Positions 52,404 to 59,994 of a DNA stretch of 64,000 bases are shown here, in pieces. Every line of letters begins with the position of its first letter. The stretch's first letter is position 1. A model generated the notes under the pieces. It did no database searches. It worked only from the letters and a program-made list of their open reading frames with translations, and had not been told where the DNA came from. Location of the stretch: positions 18,166 to 82,165 of the forward strand of contig JAEEGU010000051.1 in assembly GCA_016280485.1 (NCBI GenBank). The letters run 5' to 3'. The stretch comes from Bacillota bacterium (GTDB lineage: Bacteria; Bacillota; Clostridia; Peptostreptococcales; Anaerovoracaceae). The position numbers were made by a program, and so were the translations under genes.

Positions 52404-52854
52404 TGTAGACTTCCTTTCTGTCGGCGCCGCTTTCTTCAATGTAGGAAAACAGCTTCTCTTTCACAAAGGCGTAAAGGTAGAAGTTGTAGTCTCCCTTCAC
52501 CGGGATGCAGCGCAGAAGATACGCATACTGTTCGGTATCGAAATAGAATGCGTACTGCTCGCAGTATGCGCCGGTGAGCAAGGTCTTGCCCCAGCACATC
52601 TTGCTCATGTCTGCGCGACTTTTGAGGATGCCTTCTCTGAGCGTATTGACGACGTCGTCAAATTCCTGCTTGAAGGCGGCAGTCTTCAGCTCCGGACAGG
52701 AATCGAAGAAGGTGGTGTAAAACAAGCCGCCCGAGGATCCAAAATCCCCGCGCAGGTGCCCGATCTCTCCGATACGTTCCTTCAGATCATGATCCTTGCC
52801 GAACACGAGCGAGTGCCAGCGATTACTGAGTTCTTTCAAAATCAGTTCTTTCAT
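52396..52854 (-). CDS. hypothetical protein
   Basis: GAAAGGGG SD. 152 aa. Contains HLRGDFGSSGGLFYTTF. Confidence 0.6.
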   Translation of the reverse strand: MKELILKELSNRWHSLVFGKDHDLKERIGEIGHLRGDFGSSGGLFYTTFFDSCPELKTAAFKQEFDDVVNTLREGILKSRADMSKMCWGKTLLTGAYCEQYAFYFDTEQYAYLLRCIPVKGDYNFYLYAFVKEKLFSYIEESGADRKEVYNG

Positions 52855-52875
52855 TATTATACCCCTTTCAAATCA

Positions 52876-53814
52876 TTAGATCAAAAAATGGTGGTCTTCG
52901 ACGCAATCGGGATAAATTGCTCGAATCGCCTCGATTCCGCGGAATCCGCACTTGAAGAACTGCGTCTTCTTAGCTTCAGCAGCGACAGCAGCGTCAACAG
53001 CGTCCTTGTGGAAGTTGCCGTTAAGCAGATAGTCGGCGGCTTCGCTCAGTCTGAGGTTGTGCTGAACGTAATAAGGGGCCGTCGGAGGTCCGCACTTGCT
53101 TACAACCGAGACGTTCTCGTACGCCGCGAAATGCGTCCGGATTGCTTCTTTGGCAAGCCGTTTCGCAGTACCTTCCGCGTACATCGGGCCGCAGATCGAT
53201 TCGTCGAAATCGGTTCCAATGAACTGTCCGCCGGAATAGTATTCCGACCAAACTGCACCGCACACCTTATGCCTGCATCGAACTCGCTCAATGTGGAGCT
53301 CTTCGCCGAGATAGGCATAGGTGGAAAGCTGTTCGGGCTCACCGATATTTTCCGCCATGCAGTACAGCCAGTTCTCCTGGTAATCCTTTGCTTCCGGATA
53401 GGCGTCAGGATCCTTAAAGCTAAGAAGCCAGTCGTTGAACTTCCCCGCAGGATCCCCCGTTGCCCAATGCACATAGAACAGTACGTTCTGGTCTTCGACC
53501 GTAGCGTTGATCAAAGACTGTTCCGTAAAGCTCTTCCATCGCGCAAAGGCCTCTTCTTTTGGCGTGTTGAAGTTCGCGCTCCCATCGCCGTTGTTGGTAC
53601 GGAAAAGCTCCGTTCCCTCCTGATCGCAGACGATAACGGTGATATCATTCGAGATTACCCCGTCGATCTCGCAGTAACCGAGAGGATCGCAGACGTAGAC
53701 CCATTGCTTTTGGCCATACGTAAAACGGCCGATGTACTGGTCCTCCCCTACGATTTTCCAGAGCTCGACGTATGAGTCGTTCTCCGGACAATAGAGTTTT
53801 ACTTTGATTTCCAT
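52876..53814 (-). CDS. hypothetical protein (first gene after E7)
   Basis: Internal ATG after the AGAAAGGAAAAAG of E7. 312 aa. Confidence 0.65.
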   Translation of the reverse strand: MEIKVKLYCPENDSYVELWKIVGEDQYIGRFTYGQKQWVYVCDPLGYCEIDGVISNDITVIVCDQEGTELFRTNNGDGSANFNTPKEEAFARWKSFTEQSLINATVEDQNVLFYVHWATGDPAGKFNDWLLSFKDPDAYPEAKDYQENWLYCMAENIGEPEQLSTYAYLGEELHIERVRCRHKVCGAVWSEYYSGGQFIGTDFDESICGPMYAEGTAKRLAKEAIRTHFAAYENVSVVSKCGPPTAPYYVQHNLRLSEAADYLLNGNFHKDAVDAAVAAEAKKTQFFKCGFRGIEAIRAIYPDCVEDHHFLI

Positions 53815-54017
53815 CTTTTTCCTTTCTCCCACGCTGTCCAGGCGTGGGCTTCTGTCGTTGGCTTTTCTTCTTTCTATATGTAAAAAGAGACCTTCCCCAT
53901 GATTCTTGGGTGAAGATCTCTCAATTACGGAATTTTACTTCGTGAAGTCCCAATCTGGGCAGTAATAATCTTCATAAAGTACATTGATAGTATATACTAT
54001 TGTTTACGCAAAGTCAA
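53815..54017 (-). promoter_or_regulatory. Leader-repeat copy E7
   Basis: Minus strand: TTGACT 54017-54012, 17 nt, TATACT 53994-53989, GTAC 53982-53979. Terminator hairpin 53921-53886 plus U5. SD hairpin 53848-53828 with loop CUGGACAG. The U-linker is altered to AAAAUUCCGUAAUU. Confidence 0.8.
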
Positions 54018-54035
54018 CTTGTTTTTCATTTTGGC

Positions 54036-54482
54036 TCAATGAATAATCCGCTCCCGGTCTCCCGGGAGCGGAATGTGTTGCCGCCTTGAAACTCAGCTCG
54101 AAACGAGCCTGCAAACTCTTGGTAGCGGCAGTTTTGAAGTCGACGCGTCTCCCCTAACTGACCCACAGATGCATGGCGGATGATTTGATGTCGCCCAATT
54201 TTGGAGGGCAGTGCCCAGTACATCGGAATAAGCCCAAAATCAATCGGACTATGGATCAAGGGTTTCGCATGAAATGCGAGGCGTAACGCAAAACCTTTTG
54301 CTTACTGCTTGTGGCAGCTCGCAATAGCAGAAAGAAGAAAGAACACAGGGCGCCCCACTGGAGAAATGAGCGGGGCAGAGATGAAAGGAATGCGGCCCTT
54401 GCCAGCAGCGAGCTGGCCGGCGGAGTGGACAGTTCCGCTTGCGTTCATTGCCGGGCCATATCAGGTAGAACTTGCTCTTTCT
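54036..54482 (-). ncRNA. candidate ~450-nt structured non-coding RNA (unidentified)
   Basis: It has its own TTGACA-17-TAGTAT promoter and is bounded upstream by a strong terminator. It ends in the hairpin 54072-54047 (UCCGCUCCCGG/CCGGGAGCGGA) plus UUAUUCAUU. No ORF with an SD is present. Many local hairpins, at least one needing a G.U pair on this strand. Confidence 0.5.
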
Positions 54483-54488
54483 GGCCTT

Positions 54489-54517
54489 ATACTATACCAA
54501 CTTTTTCGCTTTGTCAA
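54489..54517 (-). promoter_or_regulatory. promoter of the ORF-less unit
   Basis: Minus strand: TTGACA 54517-54512, 17 nt, TAGTAT 54494-54489. Confidence 0.6.
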
Positions 54518-54537
54518 CTCCACAGCAAATTTTTCGC

Positions 54538-54573
54538 AAAAAATTACCCCATGCCTAAAAAGGCACGGGGTAA
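54538..54573 (-). terminator. intrinsic terminator after 54576..54926
   Basis: UUACCCCGUGCC/GGCAUGGGGUAA (12 bp) followed by U6, 3 nt after the stop. Confidence 0.8.
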
Positions 54574-54575
54574 AA

Positions 54576-54926
54576 TCATGTGGACAGCTTTGGCTGCATG
54601 AATGCAATCGCCAATTCTGCCGCTTCCTTTGCGTCCTTGAGGGCTTCCATATAGGAATCAATTTCGCATAGTTTCAAATCATGATTGCTCAGTTTAACCA
54701 ACGGTTCACCGTGGTCCGGAACGTAAACAATGTTCAGCCCGCTTTTTTTCGCTTTGATATCGACCACGATCCCGCTGTTGCGGATCGTATGGTTCTGCTT
54801 GTCCTGGCGGTAGTCGCCATCGTAGAACCATTTGAGACGATATTTCTCGTTTTCAGCGGTCTGTCCGAACAACGCCCCACAAATAGGCTCCTCGGAATAA
54901 TCCCTGACAATTTTGAACTCAGTCAT
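54576..54926 (-). CDS. hypothetical protein
   Basis: ORF 54576..55181 trimmed to the ATG after AAGGGTGA. 116 aa. Confidence 0.6.
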   Translation of the reverse strand: MTEFKIVRDYSEEPICGALFGQTAENEKYRLKWFYDGDYRQDKQNHTIRNSGIVVDIKAKKSGLNIVYVPDHGEPLVKLSNHDLKLCEIDSYMEALKDAKEAAELAIAFMQPKLST

Positions 54927-55032
54927 GTTATCACCCTTTTTCAGTTTATCACTGGTGGGTGATGATGTCAAGGATGTCCTGTTCTGTGATTTACAGAGAA
55001 GTACAGGAAAGATCTCCGTCTGACCGTTGCGA

Positions 55033-55530
55033 TCAGAGGGTATGCAGAATTTCCGCAATCTTCTTTTCGTCATACTCCTCCTTCTTCTCGAACACGGCAT
55101 TGTCGAATGCCGCCCACTCGGGATCATTGCCGATACCGCGATTGTACGCAGTATTGATGAACAGCCCGATTGCTCTTGCAACGGCGTCCTTCACCAGATC
55201 GTCATCCTCCGGTCCGTCTGGAATCGAGGGGAACATTTCCTCGATATTGTACTGGCGGCAGTGTCGGTTGATGATCCGGACAGAAGCCACGGCTGCTCCG
55301 TGTATGGCGTTTCGCTCATACATGGATTGTTCCTTGCGTTCGAGGATATCTTCGCCGTCAAAGCGGTATTCCCAGGACGGAAACAGGATTTGCTGGCGGA
55401 TAACGCAGTTAGCGTAGTCCACCAAATGAATCAGGCACTCCTCAATGAATGCGAGGTATTCGTTCAAATCCTCCTTCGATGTTGCGACGGCCGCAATCGC
55501 AGCCATCAGATTCTTCATTCGGTTCAGCAT
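55033..55530 (-). CDS. hypothetical protein
   Basis: 165 aa. The SD GAAAGGA lies in the loop of the hairpin AGUGGGA/UCCCACU immediately 5' of the ATG. Confidence 0.6.
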   Translation of the reverse strand: MLNRMKNLMAAIAAVATSKEDLNEYLAFIEECLIHLVDYANCVIRQQILFPSWEYRFDGEDILERKEQSMYERNAIHGAAVASVRIINRHCRQYNIEEMFPSIPDGPEDDDLVKDAVARAIGLFINTAYNRGIGNDPEWAAFDNAVFEKKEEYDEKKIAEILHTL

Positions 55531-56074
55531 AGTGGGATCCTTTCTCCCACTCCTCGCCCTGGGTAGGACTGGAGTGGATACCCAGTCCTACCCGGGCGTG
55601 GCTTTATCAATTTGATTTCCGAGTTTTTTCTCGGACTCGTCTCTCTTCTTTGAGGACATGAGCCAAAGGAGTCACGGGCTTATCTCCTTGTCATCGGAGC
55701 AGAGGGTCACGGCCCGCCTCTGATTTCATCACCGTTCTTCGAACAGGTATGCGAGGCGGGAGCCTCGCTTCGATATTCAGTTGAGAATACCCGGCCCATT
55801 GACGCAAGGCCTATATATTTACACCAGCATCCTGGCGATTCTCCCCGTGCGCAAGCGCACGTACTGTTCGTCTTCCTTGAAGACAAACAAAAACCGCCAC
55901 TGCCCCTATACCTTCGCGCAACGTCCCTCGTTGCATCTCTAAGGGGGTGACGGATACTTCTTAGATCGGCAGCCCAGTTTGGGGTGCGGATCTGTGCCTG
56001 AAGGATATAATATCCCATTCAGTAATCTTCGTTAAGTACGGCTATATTATATACTATCATTGATTGTGTGTCAA
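55531..56074 (-). promoter_or_regulatory. long (~510 nt) structured leader with consensus promoter; divergent relative of the leader repeat
   Basis: Minus strand: TTGACA 56074-56069, 17 nt, TATAAT 56051-56046, GTACTTAACGAAG from 56039. Terminator-like stem 55953-55894 plus U5 (55893-55889). More stems follow, e.g. GUAGGACUGG/CCAGUCCUAC. No credible ORF. Confidence 0.6.
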
Positions 56075-56163
56075 CAGTTTTCTGTGCCAAATCCGTTCAT
56101 CGTGACTTCAAAAAAATTTTCAAGTTCGGCATTGGATTGGACCAAATTCGTTTGCTTTTGCAG

Positions 56164-56192
56164 TTGATTTATAAATCCTTTTTGTGTAAGAT
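56164..56192 (+). promoter_or_regulatory. promoter of the lipoprotein gene
   Basis: TTGATT 56164-56169, 17 nt, TAAGAT 56187-56192. Confidence 0.45.
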
Positions 56193-56211
56193 AAAAGCAG
56201 GAGGTGTTACT

Positions 56212-56889
56212 ATGAAAAAACATATTTGCATTGTACTAACTGTTATTATCGTTATTTCATGTTTTGCCGCGTGTTCGACCGCAAAAAAAAGAGAGAAAAT
56301 TTCTATTGACGAATTCATAGAGAAGTACAAAAGGGCCGACATTGAAACCTTAAAGGCTGATCCGCTTCCATTCTTTGAAGATTTTTACGCGGTGGAAAAA
56401 ACTGCAAAATCAAACGAAGAGTACGGCGCGAAATTCTTAGATTGGCCAGCCGATGAAACATTCAAGGAATTTGAAGACAAGGATTATCAATACAAAGATA
56501 AAGAGGTTGTTCTTTTCAACACACCTGCTGAGATCGACGTTACGATTCATAAGGGTGCCGTTTCGTCGTTATTTGTCCATATCGGAACCGGAAATGCGGA
56601 AACGGATTTTGAAACAGCAAAGGCTATAACAGACGCCCTAATCCAGAACCTTGGTGATGCGCAGAAAATCGAGATCGATTACGAGGAGGTAAGCGAAGCA
56701 GCACTAAGACAAATGTTCAATGGCGAAATGAAAAGTTTCAGTGTCTACTTCAAAAGCCCGGAGAGTGAATACATGGACCTGGATGAAGAGCAAAAGCAGG
56801 AATATTACGAAAACCAGTATTATAGCTATACGATTGCATTCGCCGTCTACGGATATGGGACGCAGCATTCCTACATTTCGATTTATTGA
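56212..56889 (+). CDS. lipoprotein (opposite-strand AT-rich cassette)
   Basis: Internal ATG after AGGAGG. Signal peptide with lipobox: MKKHICIVLTVIIVISCFAAC. Confidence 0.75.
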   Translation: MKKHICIVLTVIIVISCFAACSTAKKREKISIDEFIEKYKRADIETLKADPLPFFEDFYAVEKTAKSNEEYGAKFLDWPADETFKEFEDKDYQYKDKEVVLFNTPAEIDVTIHKGAVSSLFVHIGTGNAETDFETAKAITDALIQNLGDAQKIEIDYEEVSEAALRQMFNGEMKSFSVYFKSPESEYMDLDEEQKQEYYENQYYSYTIAFAVYGYGTQHSYISIY

Positions 56890-56907
56890 GTGCAGGAGAA
56901 AAAGTTT

Positions 56908-56938
56908 CTGGGCCAGCCTTCGGGCTGGCCCAGTTTTT
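56908..56938 (+). terminator. intrinsic terminator of the lipoprotein gene
   Basis: CTGGGCCAGCC/GGCTGGCCCAG stem followed by T5. Confidence 0.75.
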
Positions 56939-57016
56939 CAATTTAACGATGTCCACTATAAGTCGACAATGAAAAAATGTTTAACGACGCCATGAAAACT
57001 TTTACTCAAATAAAAA

Positions 57017-57042
57017 ACGGTCTCCGATAGAGACCGTTTTTT
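57017..57042. terminator. bidirectional terminator after doc
   Basis: ACGGTCTC/GAGACCGT stem flanked by A6 and T6. Confidence 0.7.
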
Positions 57043-57077
57043 GTGATTTGATTCAGGTAATCTTGGATGTGCTGCGT

Positions 57078-57455
57078 TCAAATCTGGTGCGTCCGTACCC
57101 ATTCCAACAACGCATCATAATCCATCTGGCCTGCAGCAACCGCAAGCCCTGTGTCTGCAACTTCGCGGTTTGTGCAATCCATGTGAATGCCATTGACCTC
57201 CAGAAATGTCAGCATCACATACATCCCAATCCTTTTGTTGCCGTCAACGAAAGCGTGATTGGAAATTAAAGTAAATCCGATTCTGGCTCCTTTCTCAACT
57301 TTGGTTGGGTAGAGCTCCTTCCCGTCAAATGTTGCAAATGCACCGTCCAGAGCAGATTCCAGGAGGCCTTCATCTCGAATTCCGACGCTGCCGCCGGTCT
57401 CTTGCGCAATCAATTGATGCAGCAGCTTCACCTTTTCGGAAGAGAATCGTATCAT
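57078..57455 (-). CDS. doc: Doc/Fic-family toxin
   Basis: Fic motif HAFVDGNKRIG. ATGA overlap with the upstream antitoxin gene. Confidence 0.88.
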   Translation of the reverse strand: MIRFSSEKVKLLHQLIAQETGGSVGIRDEGLLESALDGAFATFDGKELYPTKVEKGARIGFTLISNHAFVDGNKRIGMYVMLTFLEVNGIHMDCTNREVADTGLAVAAGQMDYDALLEWVRTHQI

Positions 57456-57694
57456 TTTGCCAGCTCCTCGAATGCGGGTTTGAATTTCTTCAGAATTCGT
57501 GCGGCAACGATGTCGATTTTCTCGTCGTCCGTCATGTCCAGCAAAGGAGATTGATCCACGTCAAGCAGGATATATTTGGGACGGTTATTTTTGAAAATCA
57601 CAGCTTGTCCGTTCCGATCTGCAATCCGTGTCACACGGGAAAAGTTTTGATTCGCTTCACTTACCGAGACAATGGAATTGGTATCAATGTTCAT
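57452..57694 (-). CDS. phd: Phd/YefM-type antitoxin
   Basis: 80 aa. The N-terminus SVSEANQNFSRV...AVIFKNNRPKYILL is typical of the family. GGAGG SD. Confidence 0.8.
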   Translation of the reverse strand: MNIDTNSIVSVSEANQNFSRVTRIADRNGQAVIFKNNRPKYILLDVDQSPLLDMTDDEKIDIVAARILKKFKPAFEELAK

Positions 57695-57713
57695 ATCAAC
57701 ACCTCCTACCGAT

Positions 57714-57742
57714 AGTATACTCTGCTTTTAGGTAAAATTCAA
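57714..57742 (-). promoter_or_regulatory. promoter of phd-doc
   Basis: Minus strand: TTGAAT 57742-57737, 17 nt, TATACT 57719-57714. Confidence 0.55.
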
Positions 57743-57772
57743 CCATTATTTTTCACTCTATTATTTCATGCT

Positions 57773-58279
57773 TTAAGGCCAAATATCGAATCCCTCGACA
57801 CAAAACCCCGTCTTATCACTGATATGGTCAGCGATGCGGTCCTTGAGCTCTTCGATATCGACGCAGCCAATAGCCTCGCCTTCGTTGAGCAGTTCCTTGT
57901 GGTAGACGGTCATCACATCAGGAAGATCAACGTCTTCCCCGTCGGTATCCCAGGCAATCTTGGATACCGTGAAATATGGGCCTTCGGGATCTACCAACGA
58001 TTCATTGGCATCGACTACAATGTTTTGGTCGGCGTCATTTCGGATGATACGGAATCCAAAATGTTCGCAGATCTCCTGGGGAATATCATTCAGAAAATCG
58101 CCCCAGTTGAAGTGGCGGTTGTTTTCAACGTAGATCTTCAGTCCTTTGTCTGTGCAGAGGAATTCGTTTACTGCCTCTTTCACAGCTTCTTCGGCGCAGA
58201 TTTCAACGCCACCCTCAAAGTCGAGGAGAAAACTGAAACTGCAGCCTTCGTGATCCGTGGCCATAATATTTACCAGCAA
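57773..58279 (-). CDS. acidic hypothetical protein
   Basis: TTG start 6 nt after AAAGGAG. 168 aa. Confidence 0.55.
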   Translation of the reverse strand: MLVNIMATDHEGCSFSFLLDFEGGVEICAEEAVKEAVNEFLCTDKGLKIYVENNRHFNWGDFLNDIPQEICEHFGFRIIRNDADQNIVVDANESLVDPEGPYFTVSKIAWDTDGEDVDLPDVMTVYHKELLNEGEAIGCVDIEELKDRIADHISDKTGFCVEGFDIWP

Positions 58280-58328
58280 TTTTTACTCCTTTCAAGTTGA
58301 GCCTCCCCGAAATGGGGAGGCTATGTTT

Positions 58329-58490
58329 TTAATCGTTTGGCGCAGGGTCATATAGTAAGCAGCCATCGTTGGTCACGATATCTGCCTCCTTTACTCCCAT
58401 TCGTGCTGCCTCAGCTTCATGCGAATAATCACAGAAGCCTCCGCCGTTGTTGTCGCACGTTTTACAGATTGGCCAGACACAATATGGCAT
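58329..58490 (-). CDS. 53-aa Cys-rich mini-protein (not in track)
   Basis: My own translation gives MPYCVWPICKTCDNNGGGFCDYSHEAEAARMGVKEADIVTNDGCLLYDPAPND. GGAGGGAA SD, 9 nt upstream. Confidence 0.45.
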   Translation of the reverse strand: MPYCVWPICKTCDNNGGGFCDYSHEAEAARMGVKEADIVTNDGCLLYDPAPND

Positions 58491-58493
58491 GGA

Positions 58494-59621
58494 TCATTCC
58501 CTCCAATATGCGTCCATGATGCGGAGCTCCTCCCATTGCTCTTCTGTTGTGGGCTTATGGTCTGCCACCTGATGCCGGACTCCCTTGAACTCAACGAATT
58601 CACCCTCCAGGTGTTCGAGGCCGTCAATGGAGTTCTTCTCAATGCGGTACACCTCTCTGGTTCGAATGTTGATTCTGCAGTTGCTCTCAACGACAATGCC
58701 ACCGTCCCAGACAGAGATAAACTTCGCCGGAGCAGCATCGCCGGCAAGCCATTCGCCCCCGTGAGAATCGAAAAGCGACAGCTCCCTGTAGATTGTTGCG
58801 TCAGCGTCAAACATGATCCAGTCAGCACCGTGGCTCATGGCAAATCGGATGCACTCGCGCAGATCCTCCGGAATATCCTCCGGTTCCTCAAAGCAGCACA
58901 CCCACCAGCCGTAATCACCTGTCGCGTCCTCTTTTCGGAACGTAGTCGGGCCTTCCGGACCGTCAACGCACCGATCCAGATAGTTTCTGGTTTCTTCGCT
59001 GATATTTGCCGTGGACATCCCCAAAATCACATGGATTTCGGGGTTATTCTTTTTTGATACCTGCTCCCAGGCCATCTGAAGACCGTACATCCACAGATAA
59101 ACCAGAAGGTTGTAGCTCCGGCCCACTGTGCCGATCCATTCCCATGCGTCGGGATCGACGCGGTTGAGATCATTGCTGGTTTCGTCGTCAAGAATACCTA
59201 CGCCGCGGTCGCGGGTGTAGTTTTCCAGAAGCCGATTGATCAGATCCTCGCGGTCGTTGCGTTCCTCTTTGCTGAGAGCGCCGCCGAGAAATTCATTTCG
59301 AAGTTCTTCCTCAGCGTCCAGTTCATCGTAGTTGTACAGATCAGATGCCGCCCGGATTTTCTCTGCAAAATAGTCAATCGACTGGAAAGCCGAGGCGCAG
59401 TTTTCCAGGTCAACCTTGCAGGTCGGATACACGACTGCCTCTCCGAGATCGCCGGAAATCGACAGTGTGTTTCGCTCCTTGTCGAAAATGTAGCGGATCC
59501 GATGTTCAATATGGCCGGGTTTCGCCCAATCGAGGGTAGCGACCGTGCCATAGTCATGATACACGGCGACATGGTCCCTGAAATAATTCTTTGCATGTTC
59601 CAATGCGATTTTGCAATTCAT
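58494..59621 (-). CDS. hypothetical protein; its C-terminal half shares a domain with 59668..59994
   Basis: AGGAGGAG SD. The shared segment is DIPEDLRECIRFAMSHGADWIMFDADA, matching DVPADLAACIEYAQNHDADWIMFDYDV. Confidence 0.65.
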   Translation of the reverse strand: MNCKIALEHAKNYFRDHVAVYHDYGTVATLDWAKPGHIEHRIRYIFDKERNTLSISGDLGEAVVYPTCKVDLENCASAFQSIDYFAEKIRAASDLYNYDELDAEEELRNEFLGGALSKEERNDREDLINRLLENYTRDRGVGILDDETSNDLNRVDPDAWEWIGTVGRSYNLLVYLWMYGLQMAWEQVSKKNNPEIHVILGMSTANISEETRNYLDRCVDGPEGPTTFRKEDATGDYGWWVCCFEEPEDIPEDLRECIRFAMSHGADWIMFDADATIYRELSLFDSHGGEWLAGDAAPAKFISVWDGGIVVESNCRINIRTREVYRIEKNSIDGLEHLEGEFVEFKGVRHQVADHKPTTEEQWEELRIMDAYWRE

Positions 59622-59667
59622 ATGTGCTCCTCCTGATTGATTATTATAGATTTTTCAATTCGCAGTT

Positions 59668-59994
59668 TTACTGTTCGTGCTGATCGGGAAAAACAGCAAG
59701 CGTACCCCAAAAAGTGAGGTCATCGACCGGTTCCACGTCGTAGTCGAACATGATCCAATCCGCATCGTGATTTTGGGCATATTCGATGCAGGCTGCGAGA
59801 TCTGCTGGAACGTCCTGTTCCTTCCAATCTCCCTGGATATACACGAAAGCGCCGAACTCTTCAAGGCTGCACGCCTCGTTTTTCTGGTAGCTGATAACAC
59901 CCTGGATTGCGTCGCTCCGAATCAATCTGAGCGTATCCGCTAAGATATGCCCAGTGTTCAGGGCGATCATCTTGGCCACATCAGGCTTACTCAT
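59668..59994 (-). CDS. hypothetical protein (single copy of the ...ADWIMFD domain)
   Basis: AAGGAGG SD. 108 aa. Confidence 0.6.
   Translation of the reverse strand: MSKPDVAKMIALNTGHILADTLRLIRSDAIQGVISYQKNEACSLEEFGAFVYIQGDWKEQDVPADLAACIEYAQNHDADWIMFDYDVEPVDDLTFWGTLAVFPDQHEQ

Noticed and set aside
54026-54259. ORF 54026..54259 (77 aa), and the plus-strand ORFs 54309..54671 and 54311..54601, inside the ORF-less unit.
   Set aside because: None has an SD. The minus-strand ORF starts at TTG and runs through the terminator hairpin. The compositions are not protein-like. The region is better explained as non-coding RNA or structured DNA.
55001-55017. The 12-nt match GGAAAGATCTCC (plus strand), with a nearby GTAC, between 54926 and 55033 could be a decayed tenth leader copy.
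   Set aside because: Only one terminator arm is present, the order relative to GTAC is wrong for the family, and no promoter or partner arm is present. It may be a remnant, but the evidence is only about 12 nt.
55707-56018. ORF 55707..56018 (103 aa) inside the long leader.
   Set aside because: It has no SD, an Arg/Cys/Gly-rich implausible sequence, and it overlaps the predicted RNA helices.
55531-56074. Identifying the long leader as a T-box, cobalamin or c-di-GMP riboswitch.
   Set aside because: None of the diagnostic conserved sequences I know is present (T-box GGUGGUACC-type box, B12 box, GGCAAACC/GGACGCAAAGCC). The class is left unassigned.
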